Notes under the pieces: generated by a model
The model's database searches: none
What the model was told of the DNA's origin: nothing
What the model saw: only the letters and a program-made list of their open reading frames with translations
Program-made: the position numbers and the translations under genes
Origin: an uncultured Acidobacteriota bacterium
GTDB taxonomy: Bacteria > Acidobacteriota > Thermoanaerobaculia > Gp7-AA8
NCBI GenBank assembly: GCA_963741955.1
Contig: CAVUKB010000001.1
Coordinates: 128,001 to 192,000 of the forward strand
Direction: 5' to 3'
DNA length: 64,000 nt
Part shown: positions 29,385 to 38,619 of the stretch, piece by piece
Position numbering within the stretch: position 1 is the stretch's first letter
Layout of the letters: every line of letters starts with the position of its first letter

Positions 29385-30950
29385 ATGAAGCGACTATACT
29401 CGACGGCAGGGACGGGTGCGATTCTCATCTGGGCGGCGATCGTCTTTGCGCAGACTACCTCGACCGCCACGCTCAGCTTGCCCGGCTCCCAGCGCACCAT
29501 CGCGACGGTGGAGTCGAACGGCCGAACGTTCTTCTCGGCCGATGACGTGGTGACTGCACTCGGCGGAACGGTCACCTCCGACAATCACGGGTTTCTCGCC
29601 ACGATCGGAGATCAGCAGGCTGCGTTCGGTCCGGACACACGATTCGGCGTCGTCCGGGACGACCTGATCGAGATGCCGGTCGAGCCGATGGTCGTCGACG
29701 GTCGTGCCTACGTACCATGGCAGTTCTTTCAGGGAGTGCTCCAGAAATCCTCCAATCAACAGGTGAGCTGGGACGCAACGAATCGGATTCTTGCCATACG
29801 GCCTTCACCCAAGCAGACGCTCAACGCACAGCTTTCGCTGGTGGACCTCGGCGGGCTCTCGAAGCTCGTGATCCAGCTCTCGGGAAAGAGCGACTACGAC
29901 GTGTCGCGGGAGCGCGACTACTACGCGATCCGTTTCAAGTCGCCGATACAGGCGCCGCCCGAGCAGTCGTTCGACGATCCGCTCGTCACGCGGATGGTCT
30001 CCCGGAACAACGAGATCGACGTCTGGTTCGCGTCACCCGAGGTGACTGCGACGTCGTACAGTCTGGAGAAGCCGTTCCGGGTCGTGCTCGATTTCAGGAA
30101 AGGCGTCCCGGAGCTCAAGCCCGGAGTGACGCTGCAGACCCCTCTCGCAGTGCCGAATGCGAAGCCGGCTGGAATCCGGACCATCGTCCTCGACCCGGGT
30201 CACGGCGGGAAGGAAGTCGGCGCGATCGGACCGTCGGGGCTGATGGAAAAGGACGCCACGCTGGAGCTCTGCAGGCGTCTTCAGAACCTTCTCACGTCGC
30301 GTCTCGGCGTCCGGGTGGTGCTCACTCGTGACGACGACTCGGTCGTTCCGCTCGAGCAGCGCACCGCCGTGGCGAACCAGTACAAGGCGGATCTCTTTCT
30401 CTCCGTCCACATGAATGCCGCAACGGTGAAGGGGGCGAAGGGAACCGAAACGTACTTCCTCTCTCTCGACGCGTCCGACGAAGTTGCGAGACGTGCAGCG
30501 GAGATCGAGAACGCGTCGGCGAGCTCTGCGCCGGGAGGGAAGTCGGACCTGAAGATGATCCTCTGGGATCTCGCACAGCAGGAGTACCTCAACGAGTCGC
30601 ATCGTCTCGCCGTCGACGTTCAGGACGAGATGAACACTCTCGCAGGGATCCAGGGTCGTGGCGTGAAGCAGGCTCCGTTCAAGGTTCTGGTCGGAGCGAC
30701 GATGCCCGCTGCGCTGGTGGAAGTCGCGTTCATCACCAACCCCGACGAAGAGGCGAAGCTCCGGAGCGATCGGTTCCAGGAGCAGGCAGCGGATGCACTC
30801 GAGCACGCGATCGCGAAATTCAAGAGCGAGTACGAGGCACGGATCGGTCTCGGCGGCCCGGAGACATCCGGGCGAGCCGCAGCGCCAGCCGCCGCGGCAG
30901 CACCTCCCCCCGCATCTCCAGCACCGTCGAAGAAGTCCGGGAGCTCCTGA
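29385..30950 (+). CDS. N-acetylmuramoyl-L-alanine amidase (Amidase_3)
   Basis: IVLDPGHGG, EKD, LTRDDD, FLSVHMNA, GTETYFL, PAALVEVAFITN. Confidence 0.95.
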   Translation: MKRLYSTAGTGAILIWAAIVFAQTTSTATLSLPGSQRTIATVESNGRTFFSADDVVTALGGTVTSDNHGFLATIGDQQAAFGPDTRFGVVRDDLIEMPVEPMVVDGRAYVPWQFFQGVLQKSSNQQVSWDATNRILAIRPSPKQTLNAQLSLVDLGGLSKLVIQLSGKSDYDVSRERDYYAIRFKSPIQAPPEQSFDDPLVTRMVSRNNEIDVWFASPEVTATSYSLEKPFRVVLDFRKGVPELKPGVTLQTPLAVPNAKPAGIRTIVLDPGHGGKEVGAIGPSGLMEKDATLELCRRLQNLLTSRLGVRVVLTRDDDSVVPLEQRTAVANQYKADLFLSVHMNAATVKGAKGTETYFLSLDASDEVARRAAEIENASASSAPGGKSDLKMILWDLAQQEYLNESHRLAVDVQDEMNTLAGIQGRGVKQAPFKVLVGATMPAALVEVAFITNPDEEAKLRSDRFQEQAADALEHAIAKFKSEYEARIGLGGPETSGRAAAPAAAAAPPPASPAPSKKSGSS

Positions 30951-30951
30951 C

Positions 30952-31554
30952 GTGCGCGCAGAGAAGAAGTCTTTCCTCATTATTTTCGTCGCGGCCGTGG
31001 CTCTGGTCGTGGCGTGCTCGCGTGGTTCGCGCAACAACTCCGAAGTCGTATCCGCTCGCGTGCGGGAAGCGAACAAGGTCGCCACCCGCGCGGTGACGCT
31101 CTACTTCGAGTCGCCGGATCTCGTGCTCGTCCCCGAGAAGCGCAACGTCGCGCTCCCGGAGAGCGACGTCGCGGCGGTCTCCACCGTCGTTCGTGAATTG
31201 CTCGCCGGCTCCTCGAACGCTGCGGTCGCGAGATCGTTCCCGAAGGATGCCGCCCTTCGTGGCGCATTCCTTCTTTCCGACGGGACGGCGATCATCGATC
31301 TCGGCGGCGACACTCTCGCCACGGGCTGGAACACCGGGAGCCACGAAGAGTTGATGGCGGTCTATTCGCTGGTGCAGACTCTGATGGACAACTTCCCCTC
31401 GGTGAAGCGGGTCAGGATTCTCGTCAACGGCCAGCCGGCTCCGACTCTCGCGGGCCACGTCGCCATCGATCACGCGCTGAAACCTCTGACCTGGCTCGTC
31501 GCCGCACAGCCCCCCGCACCGGCCGCGCCACAGCCTCCTCAAGAGGGGCGCTAG
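30952..31554 (+). CDS. GerMN domain lipoprotein
   Basis: LVVAC lipobox, TLYF, ELLAG, VYSLVQTL, VRILVNGQ..TLAGHV; stop TAG lies in the MITE CTAG. Confidence 0.9.
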   Translation: MRAEKKSFLIIFVAAVALVVACSRGSRNNSEVVSARVREANKVATRAVTLYFESPDLVLVPEKRNVALPESDVAAVSTVVRELLAGSSNAAVARSFPKDAALRGAFLLSDGTAIIDLGGDTLATGWNTGSHEELMAVYSLVQTLMDNFPSVKRVRILVNGQPAPTLAGHVAIDHALKPLTWLVAAQPPAPAAPQPPQEGR

Positions 31555-31717
31555 GAGTCTGCGCGGTAGAAACTGTCCTACTGCGAAAGCGGATCAACGG
31601 TCCAAATCGGTCCGGATTTTCGGCGAGTAGCCACCGCTACGCACCTCAAATCCGAACGAATTTGGCCTCGCTGCTCCGCTCTCTCGCTACGGACGTTTCT
31701 ACCGCGCAGACTCCTAG
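31551..31717 (+). mobile_element. MITE family A, copy 3
   Basis: CTAG-bounded; perfect 23-bp TIR CTAGGAGTCTGCGCGGTAGAAAC / GTTTCTACCGCGCAGACTCCTAG. Confidence 0.92.
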
Positions 31718-31945
31718 CCCCAATGGCCCGAACTTGAGGGGCGCTGTGGGTGTTCAGAGAGCAGATGCGCGGAGTTACTACGCATCTGCCGCAGGTGGCG
31801 TCTCGTTGCGTTCTGAAGGCGATCTGCGCGGCCACGGCGGGAGCCGGGGCGCCCCTCGGAGAGGGGATCCTTCGCTGCCCAGCAAGCTCGCGTCGACTCC
31901 CGGCTGACACGCTGATTTTGCTCAAGTTCGGGCCATTGTCTTTAG
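31714..31945 (+). mobile_element. MITE family B, full copy
   Basis: CTAG...TTAG borders; 18-bp perfect IR CAATGGCCCGAACTTGAG / CTCAAGTTCGGGCCATTG. Confidence 0.85.
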
Positions 31946-32126
31946 CCCGCATTTCTCACACCGCCTCGACGCGGGGAGGCGGAGAGCGGCTTGGATACAA
32001 GGCGCGCGCAACTTCGGCGACGAAGGCATAGTGGTGACTATGTTGAGGAGCCGAAGATGTGCGCAACGTAGTAGACAGGCCGCTATCCGTCTCCGCAGCA
32101 AAGACGATGTGAGAAATGCGGGCTAG
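31942..32126 (+). mobile_element. MITE family C
   Basis: TTAG...CTAG borders; 18-bp perfect TIR TAGCCCGCATTTCTCACA / TGTGAGAAATGCGGGCTA; central CATAGT..ACTATG hairpin. Confidence 0.85.
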
Positions 32127-32284
32127 GAGTCTGCGCGATAGAAACCGTCCTACTGCGAAAGCGGATCAACGGTCCAAATCCGCCCGGATTTTCGGCGAGT
32201 AGCCACCGCGTGGCGCCCCTCGGAGAGGGGATCCTTCGCTGCCCAGCAAGCTCGCGACGAGACGGTGTGAGAAATGCGGCCTAA
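32123..32284 (+). mobile_element. Chimeric MITE: A left half + B interior + C right end
   Basis: 32123-32209 matches A, 32209-32256 matches B (GGCGCCCCTCGGAGAGGGGATCCTTCGCTGCCCAGCAAGCTCGCG), end GGTGTGAGAAATGCGGCCTAA matches C. Confidence 0.82.
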
Positions 32285-32311
32285 GAACACGGCTGAGACT
32301 GGTAAGCGCCT

Positions 32312-32373
32312 CTGTCACAGTCCTGTTACACACGTGAAATTTTTCACAATGTCGTGCGGATCCTTCGTATAAT
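32312..32373 (+). promoter_or_regulatory. Promoter with Pho-box-like direct repeat, CRP/Rex-like palindrome and TATAAT
   Basis: CTGTCAC-N4-CTGTTAC at 32312-32329; CGTGA-N6-TCACA at 32333-32348; TATAAT at 32368-32373. Confidence 0.65.
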
Positions 32374-32380
32374 CGTCCTC

Positions 32381-32562
32381 GAAAAGAAAACTGGATGGGC
32401 AGACAAGGAATTTGCTTCCCTGGTAATTGCCTGCCGATACCTGATGAAAATCAGTCCTGACATCCGCAGTTAAGCCCATCACAAAAAGCCAACCTCCCCA
32501 GCGTTCCGGAAGGCTCATCCAGTGAGAATCAGCCCCGGCCGAAAGGCCGGGGCGGTTTTTTT
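32381..32562 (+). ncRNA. Candidate ~180-nt small RNA
   Basis: Lies between TATAAT and a terminator; ACTGGATGGGC (32390-32400) pairs with GCTCATCCAGT (32513-32523); internal CTGAT-GAAA-ATCAG hairpin. Confidence 0.55.
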
Positions 32563-33455
32563 GTGAGCTGAATGAGGATCTGGTCGAGGACGAGCCGGAT
32601 GTCGGCGTTCACGATCATCTTTGCGAAGCCGCGAAGCGCAGCCTCGGATGCTTCGAGGAGTCGGGCAACGTCGATCCCTTTGCGTACGCGCTCCACGGCG
32701 GCCGGGTCGACGGAGTGATCGCTCTCCAGCGCGGCCAGATCTCGGAGTGCCGCCGCGAGAATGGTCAACGCAACCCGCGGCTCTCCGATCGCGCTCAGCT
32801 CCGCAGAGAGCGCGAGGAGCGCGGCCGTGTCATCCTCCGTCGCGTAGGCCTCGACGGCGTGGACGATGCTCCCCGTCGCTTCCCGGATGGTCTCGAGATC
32901 CACTCCCGGCAGGAGCTGCTGCAGCCGGGCGATCTGAAGAGGCAGGCCCTCCGTGCGCGCGAGCTCTCGTGCGGGGATCTCGACGTCGGGGCGAATGGGA
33001 ATGGACTGCGAGCGTGACCTGATGGTCGGGAGGAGGAGATCCGCCGAGCGTGTGAGGAGAAGAAAGATCGAGTTCCCCACCGGCTCTTCGAGAGTCTTGA
33101 GGAGTGCGTTCGCTCCGGAGACGCTCATCGCATCGGCGGGATCGACGATGAAGACCTTGTGCTTCCCCTCGTAGGGACGCAGGGTCGCCTCCGCGATCAT
33201 TCCGCGGATCTGTTCGATGGCGATCAGCTTCCGCTGTTCGGCGACGGCGATGGTCTTCACGTCGGGATGCGCGCCCCGATCGATCCTGCTGCAGGTCGGA
33301 CAGGAGTCGCCGAGCGATCCCTCCGGGCACTGCAGCGCCTTGGCTATTCCGATCGCCACGTCCCGCAGGCGGTTCGGGTCGGGACCGTGGAGGATCAACG
33401 CGTGGTGAAGACCGCCGCGACTGGCGGTCTTGTAGAGCAGCCTGGTCGCGCTCAT
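32529..33455 (-). CDS. holB: DNA polymerase III subunit delta'
   Basis: HALILHGP, C-x7-CxxC zinc module, HPDV, IEQIR, ANALLKTLEEP, LLPTIRSR; follows tmk. Confidence 0.93.
   Translation of the reverse strand: MSATRLLYKTASRGGLHHALILHGPDPNRLRDVAIGIAKALQCPEGSLGDSCPTCSRIDRGAHPDVKTIAVAEQRKLIAIEQIRGMIAEATLRPYEGKHKVFIVDPADAMSVSGANALLKTLEEPVGNSIFLLLTRSADLLLPTIRSRSQSIPIRPDVEIPARELARTEGLPLQIARLQQLLPGVDLETIREATGSIVHAVEAYATEDDTAALLALSAELSAIGEPRVALTILAAALRDLAALESDHSVDPAAVERVRKGIDVARLLEASEAALRGFAKMIVNADIRLVLDQILIQLTKKPPRPFGRG
32532..32562 (+). terminator. Rho-independent terminator (overlaps the holB 3' end)
   Basis: GCCCCGGCC-GAAA-GGCCGGGGC followed by GG and T7. Confidence 0.85.
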
Positions 33456-34126
33456 GTCTGCTGCGATGCTCCGATCCCGAGCTGCGGCGCGCGACGGGCG
33501 AGGGTGTCGATCATCGCCGAGTAGACGTCGTCCGGCGATCCCCCCGCCTCGATGACCTCGTACCGCTCCGGTTCCGCTTCGGCCAGCGCGAGATACCCTT
33601 CGCGAACCCGGCGGTGAAAGCGGAGATCTTCTCCTTCGATGCGGCTCTCGCCCTGGAGAAGCTCGGATGTGTCGTTGCGCGTGCGTGCACGCTGCAGTCC
33701 GAGGCTCTCCTGAAGATCGAAGATCAACGTGAGATCGGGATACGTTCCCTCGGTGACCCAGTCGTTGAGGTTCCGCAGCCGTTCGAGCTCCAGTTGCCGC
33801 CCGAACCCCTGATAGGCGAGCGTTGCGTCGGTGTAGCGATCGCAGAGAACGACTGCGCCGCGCTCGAGCGCCGGACGGATCAGTTCCACCACGTGCTGGC
33901 GACGCGACGCTGCGTAGAGAAAGAGCTCGGTGAGAGCATCCATCCCTTCCTCCTGCGGGTCGAGGAGGATGGCGCGGATCCGGTTCCCGAGCGGCGTTCC
34001 GCCCGGCTCTTTGGTGAGAACGACGTTCCGGCCGGAAGTGCGGATGAGATCCGCGAGACGATCGATCTGGGTCGTCTTTCCGGATCCTTCAATACCTTCG
34101 AGTGCGAGGAAATAGCCGATCGACAT
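33452..34126 (-). CDS. tmk: Thymidylate kinase
   Basis: EGIEGSGKTTQ, TKEPGG, CDRY, AYQG, PDLT. Confidence 0.96.
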   Translation of the reverse strand: MSIGYFLALEGIEGSGKTTQIDRLADLIRTSGRNVVLTKEPGGTPLGNRIRAILLDPQEEGMDALTELFLYAASRRQHVVELIRPALERGAVVLCDRYTDATLAYQGFGRQLELERLRNLNDWVTEGTYPDLTLIFDLQESLGLQRARTRNDTSELLQGESRIEGEDLRFHRRVREGYLALAEAEPERYEVIEAGGSPDDVYSAMIDTLARRAPQLGIGASQQT

Positions 34127-34221
34127 AGGGGCGACATTCTATCGTGATTTGGAACCGGCTCCGAACGATGTCGCGAATCGAGGCCCCGGCGTCTCTCTGA
34201 ACTTCTCGACCTGTTCTCCGG

Positions 34222-35157
34222 TCACCCTTCCAGCCCGGCCAGCCCGTCGCGGAGTCCCCTCAGGTAGTGCTGGCGCATCAGCCGTTCGAACGCTTCGTTG
34301 CGGGCGAGGAAGGAGAACTTCTCGCCGAGCCGCGCGCGCCGCCGGAGCCGCGAGAGCGTCTTCTCGTCCGCCACTCCCTTCTCTTCGAGCTCCGCAATCC
34401 CGAGAAAATGCGACAGTTCCGGATGCTTGCGAGCGAAGATCGCACCCGATTTTCCGACCGTGTACTGCCGCCGGGCGAACGATTCGACACTCATCGGATG
34501 GAAGTGACGGGTGATCGCACGGGCGTTGTAGCGGATCTTCAGTCCCTTCGCGTCCAGACGGTACGCGAGCTCGATGTCTTCCCACGCCGCGGCGGGGAAC
34601 GAGGTGTCGAACGGATGCTGCTGCACGAGATTTCTCTCCATCGAGATGTTCGACGTGTAAAAGAAGTTGAACGGGACGATCTCTCCATCGTGGATCAACC
34701 GGTAGCCGAACTGGAGTCCGTAGTCGTTGATGTAGTGCATGAACGCGGTGACCCGCTCGCCGGGAGGCCATCCGGTGTAACCGAGGCATGCGAGCATCGG
34801 ATCGCCTCCCGATTCCTCGTGGGTCCGGTGGTGTTCGGCGAGAAATCGTTCCTCGGGGACGGTGTCGTCGCCGATGAAGACGACGTAGCGTCCGGCTGCG
34901 AGTGACGCGCCTCGATTCCGCGCCTTTCCCGGTCCGGAGTTTTCCTGAGTATGGAATCGGATCGGGTACGAGTGATGGCCGGAAGTCGACTCGTGCTGCA
35001 TCACCGCGGCGGTCTCGTCGCCGGATCCGTCGTCGATGACGATGAGCTCGAACGAAGGGGCGCCGCTCTGCCCGTCGAGTGCGGTGAGGACGCGGCGAAG
35101 TGTGTCGATTCGGTTGTAGGTCGGTACGACGATCGAGAAGAAGGGAGCATCGCTCAC
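34222..35157 (-). CDS. Glycosyltransferase family 2
   Basis: SIVVPTYNR, IDDGSGD, ARNRG, FIGDD, WEDIEL. Confidence 0.93.
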   Translation of the reverse strand: MSDAPFFSIVVPTYNRIDTLRRVLTALDGQSGAPSFELIVIDDGSGDETAAVMQHESTSGHHSYPIRFHTQENSGPGKARNRGASLAAGRYVVFIGDDTVPEERFLAEHHRTHEESGGDPMLACLGYTGWPPGERVTAFMHYINDYGLQFGYRLIHDGEIVPFNFFYTSNISMERNLVQQHPFDTSFPAAAWEDIELAYRLDAKGLKIRYNARAITRHFHPMSVESFARRQYTVGKSGAIFARKHPELSHFLGIAELEEKGVADEKTLSRLRRRARLGEKFSFLARNEAFERLMRQHYLRGLRDGLAGLEG

Positions 35158-35897
35158 GCCGACATTCCTCCGTCGACGGTCAGGACCTGCCCGGTGATTC
35201 CGCTCGCTTCATCGGAGAGGAGGAACGCGATCGTCGCGGCCACCTCGTCGGGGCGAATGGCGCGCCGTATCGGAATGTCACGGATCATCGCCTTCCGTAC
35301 CTCCGGATCGAGATCGGCGGTCATGTCCGTCTCGACCAGTCCCGGTGCGACGCAGTTCACGCGTATCCCGCTCCGCGCCACTTCGCGCGCGAGCGAGCGG
35401 GTCAGCGCGATCACTCCTCCCTTCGACGCGCTGTAGTTGGTCTGGCCGACCACTCCGTGCATCCCGGAGAGCGAAGTCACGTTCACGATCGCTCCCTGTC
35501 GCTGGCGCAACATGAACGCGAGCGTTGCCTGGGTGGTGAAGAACACCGCGTCGAGATTGGTCCGGATCACGTCATCCCACGACTCGGGAGTCATCCCGTA
35601 AGCGAGTCCGTCGCTCCGGATCCCCGCATTGTTCACCAGGCCATCGATCGCTCCGAACCGTTCCGCGACCGAAGCCGCGACGATGTCCATCCTCTCTCTG
35701 TCACGGACGTCGGCCTCGAACCCGGCGAGTTGCGGCCGTCCGTCACGCGCACCTGCAGCAACTTCTTCTTCGAACTGCTTCGCCGCTTCCTTCGAGCTCC
35801 GGTAGGTGAACGCGACGTTCCATCCCTCCGCGAGCATGCGCATCGCCGTGACGCGTCCGATCCCGCGGGAGCCTCCGGTGATGAGAACCGTGTTCAT
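35154..35897 (-). CDS. fabG: 3-oxoacyl-ACP reductase-like SDR
   Basis: TGGSRGIG, NNAGI, GQTNYSASK, VAPGLVETDM, ITGQVLTVDGG. Confidence 0.8.
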   Translation of the reverse strand: MNTVLITGGSRGIGRVTAMRMLAEGWNVAFTYRSSKEAAKQFEEEVAAGARDGRPQLAGFEADVRDRERMDIVAASVAERFGAIDGLVNNAGIRSDGLAYGMTPESWDDVIRTNLDAVFFTTQATLAFMLRQRQGAIVNVTSLSGMHGVVGQTNYSASKGGVIALTRSLAREVARSGIRVNCVAPGLVETDMTADLDPEVRKAMIRDIPIRRAIRPDEVAATIAFLLSDEASGITGQVLTVDGGMSA

Positions 35898-35920
35898 CGG
35901 GAGAATCTCCGGAAGAGACT

Positions 35921-36068
35921 CGAATTCAGAATGCAGGGTGCAGAATTCAGAATCGAGAAAAGAGACCGCGAGGCAATCCGGATGTGGAGACCCGGCCCCG
36001 GCAGCGTCACCCGCGATTCCGGCCCTTCTTTCTTCATTCTGAATTCTTCACTCTGCATTCTGAATTCG
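35921..36068. repeat. 33-bp inverted repeats made of heptamer-like units, enclosing 82 bp
   Basis: CGAATTCAGAATGCAGGGTGCAGAATTCAGAAT vs ATTCTGAATTCTTCACTCTGCATTCTGAATTCG (31/33 complementary). Confidence 0.85.
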
Positions 36069-36072
36069 TTCT

Positions 36073-36768
36073 CTACTTCGTTGCCATGTTCTCGGCGATG
36101 GACCTGAAGATCTTCAACCCGTCCGCGTTTCCGAGAAGCTGTTCGGCGCAGCGCTCAGGGTGAGGCATCATGCCGAGCACGTTTCGCTGTTCGTTGCAGA
36201 TGCCGGCGATGTTGCGCGACGAGCCGTTCGGATTCGCGGATTCGACCACTTCGCCGTTCTCGTCGCAGTAGCGGAAGACGACCTGTCCGTTCGATTCGAG
36301 ACGGTCGAGCGTGGCCTCGTCCGCATAGAAGTTTCCTTCGTTGTGCGCGATCTGAAGGCGGAGAATCTCGCCTTCTTCGAGCGTCGACGTGAACGGAGTG
36401 TCCGTCCGATCGGTGCGGAGCCAGACGTCGCGGCAGATGAAGCGGAGGTGAACGTTGCGCATCAGGGCGCCGGGGAGGAGTCCCGTCTCGGTGAGTACCT
36501 GAAATCCGTTGCAGATGCCGAGCACCAGGCCGCCCGCGCCGGCGTGTTTCTTCACCGCTTCCATCACCGGGGCGAACTTCGCGAGCGCGCCGGCCCGAAG
36601 GTAATCGCCGTACGCGAACCCACCCGGTATGATCACGCAGTCGACCCCCCGAAGATCGGTTTCCTTGTGCCAGACCAATCTCGTATCGGCGCCGAGGACG
36701 TCGCTGGCGACGTGGAAGGCGTCGTGGTCACAATTCGAGCCCGGGAGAACGACGACTCCGAATTTCAT
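36073..36768 (-). CDS. purQ: Phosphoribosylformylglycinamidine synthase subunit PurQ
   Basis: [39 protein letters not shown]. Confidence 0.97.
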   Translation of the reverse strand: MKFGVVVLPGSNCDHDAFHVASDVLGADTRLVWHKETDLRGVDCVIIPGGFAYGDYLRAGALAKFAPVMEAVKKHAGAGGLVLGICNGFQVLTETGLLPGALMRNVHLRFICRDVWLRTDRTDTPFTSTLEEGEILRLQIAHNEGNFYADEATLDRLESNGQVVFRYCDENGEVVESANPNGSSRNIAGICNEQRNVLGMMPHPERCAEQLLGNADGLKIFRSIAENMATK

Positions 36769-36806
36769 CTCTGCTCCTCTCCTGCGGTTCGGGGCGGTTC
36801 GACCGT

Positions 36807-37874
36807 TCAGTTGCGATCCGGTCGGGGCGGATTATAGATGGTGAACGATCCGGAGGGGTCGGTCGCATAGATCGTCCCGTCGGCGGGGTTGAACGCGAGC
36901 GCCGAGGCGTCGACTCCGTAAAGAGACGAATCGGTGGTCAGCCGCTTCTGCGCGAGGAACGCGCCGCTGTCGCCGCATCGCCTCTCCGCGAAGTAGATGA
37001 TCCTGTCCGATTCGCCGGTGGTGGCGATCTCCGCCCCCGCATGGCCGGGAAGGCAGACCTTGTGACTGCTGGGGAAATCGGCCGGCTCGAAATGAAGCCG
37101 GATCCCGGCCTCGCCGGGAGTGAGCTTCCCCTCCGTCGGGATCCGGATTCTCTTTTCCGCGAGCCAGTCGGGAGCGATCACGACGATCGCGTCGCCGCCG
37201 GCTGCCCAGATGGCGGAGACGATGTTGCGGTCGGTCTGGAGCGGCTGCCGGGTGATCTCGCGGAACCGTTCGGTGTCGTAGATCGCGAGCATGGTGGCAG
37301 GGCCGGTCTGAAACTGCTCGGAACCGATCACCGCGAGGAAGTTCCCGTCGGGGCTCGGCGCGATGGCCATCGGTTCGAGTGAGGCGAGGGTGCGGAGATC
37401 TCGCTCCCCCTTCTCGTCGTAGACGTGCACCGTGCGGCCGAGGACGTAGAGATAGCGTCCCTGAGGATCGGGGACGAAATCGCGGACCGTCTCCCCTTCG
37501 AGAGTGATCTCCCGAAGAATGCCGAGGTCGGGGAGGGAGAGGATCGACGCGGACTCGTCCGAGCCATTCGCGATGAGAAGGCGTTTTCGATCCGGTGTGA
37601 TCCGGAGCGTCAACAGCTCTTTCGTGGATGCGATCTCGGGATGGTCGAGTACGACGCGCTCGAGGATCGTGCCGCTCTTCGGATCGACTGCGACGACCGC
37701 CTGCGGCTTTGCCAGTCCGATATAGGCCGTGCCGTCCGTCCCGATGGCGATCCCGCGAGGCTGGCCGGGAAGCGACCAACTCCGGATCACGCGCCGGTCG
37801 CGAGAGTGGAGCGGCTGGAGCGATTCGGCAGCTGCCACGCCGGCAGTGAGCGCGACCACCAGAGAGGCGATCAA
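36807..37874 (-). CDS. Exported YncE-like beta-propeller protein
   Basis: Signal-like N-terminus; blade repeats ([40 protein letters not shown]); start uncertain. Confidence 0.75.
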   Translation of the reverse strand: MIASLVVALTAGVAAAESLQPLHSRDRRVIRSWSLPGQPRGIAIGTDGTAYIGLAKPQAVVAVDPKSGTILERVVLDHPEIASTKELLTLRITPDRKRLLIANGSDESASILSLPDLGILREITLEGETVRDFVPDPQGRYLYVLGRTVHVYDEKGERDLRTLASLEPMAIAPSPDGNFLAVIGSEQFQTGPATMLAIYDTERFREITRQPLQTDRNIVSAIWAAGGDAIVVIAPDWLAEKRIRIPTEGKLTPGEAGIRLHFEPADFPSSHKVCLPGHAGAEIATTGESDRIIYFAERRCGDSGAFLAQKRLTTDSSLYGVDASALAFNPADGTIYATDPSGSFTIYNPPRPDRN

Positions 37875-37887
37875 CGCCGCACGACGG

Positions 37888-38136
37888 CTAGCTCTCGATC
37901 GTGTACGAGTAATTCTCCACGACCGGATTCGCGAGAAGCTTCTCGCACATCGACCGGATCCTGCCGTCGAGCTCCTCTTTCGAGACCTTGTCATCGCCTA
38001 ACGTCAGATGAAACACCTTTCCGACGCGGACGTCTTCCACTGCGGGAAATCCGAGTGCGGAGAGTGAATGCTGGATCGCCTTTCCCTGAGGGTCGAGGAC
38101 CGCGCTCTTGAGCTCGACGGTAACGGTGATCTTCAA
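37888..38136 (-). CDS. purS: Phosphoribosylformylglycinamidine synthase subunit PurS
   Basis: LKSAVLDPQGKAI, VRVGK, MCEKLLANPVVENY; TTG start with AGGAG RBS. Confidence 0.95.
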   Translation of the reverse strand: MKITVTVELKSAVLDPQGKAIQHSLSALGFPAVEDVRVGKVFHLTLGDDKVSKEELDGRIRSMCEKLLANPVVENYSYTIES

Positions 38137-38394
38137 AGTCGCCTCGTCTCCTTGCTGAGGTGCAGCGGCGCGAATCTTATCAGGATCAAAGACGAATGCA
38201 GAATGACGAATTGAAAAATGAGAAGAAAAGGGAAGAGAGAGAGCGCGACGGTGGCCTCCCTTCGGTATGCCGGCTGCCGCGCAAGACTCTCCGGCAGTGT
38301 TTGTTCTTCGTTTTCCACACTCTGAGTGCCGCGATCCCGCGATGAATTCGTCTTCTCCCTTGCGACGACCGTTCGTCCCCGCTATCTTTGTCTC

Positions 38395-38619
38395 ATGGCG
38401 ACGACCCTCCTCGACGTGGACGGCCTCGGCTGCGACCGCTGCGTGAAAGTCGTGCGGAGGGTGCTCGCGGCTGTCCCCGCGGTCCGCAGTGTCGAAGCGT
38501 CTCCCGGTTCTCCCTCGGTCCGGGTCGAATATGAAGGTTCGACCGCCACCATGGACGCGGTGCTCGGGGTGCTCCGGAGGGAAGGGTTCACCGGACGGAT
38601 CCGCGGAGCGAAGCGATGA
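38395..38619 (+). CDS. Heavy-metal-associated (HMA, CopZ-like) protein
   Basis: VDGLGCDRCV CxxC motif, ferredoxin-like size, EGF near the C-terminus. Confidence 0.85.
   Translation: MATTLLDVDGLGCDRCVKVVRRVLAAVPAVRSVEASPGSPSVRVEYEGSTATMDAVLGVLRREGFTGRIRGAKR

Noticed and set aside
32441-32460. Hammerhead ribozyme core (CTGATGA..GAAA)
   Set aside because: CTGAT pairs with ATCAG as a simple GAAA hairpin; no stem II or three-way junction
32315-32518. 67-aa minus-strand ORF after holB
   Set aside because: No recognisable family; promoter, stem and terminator signals all point to the plus strand (not fully excluded)
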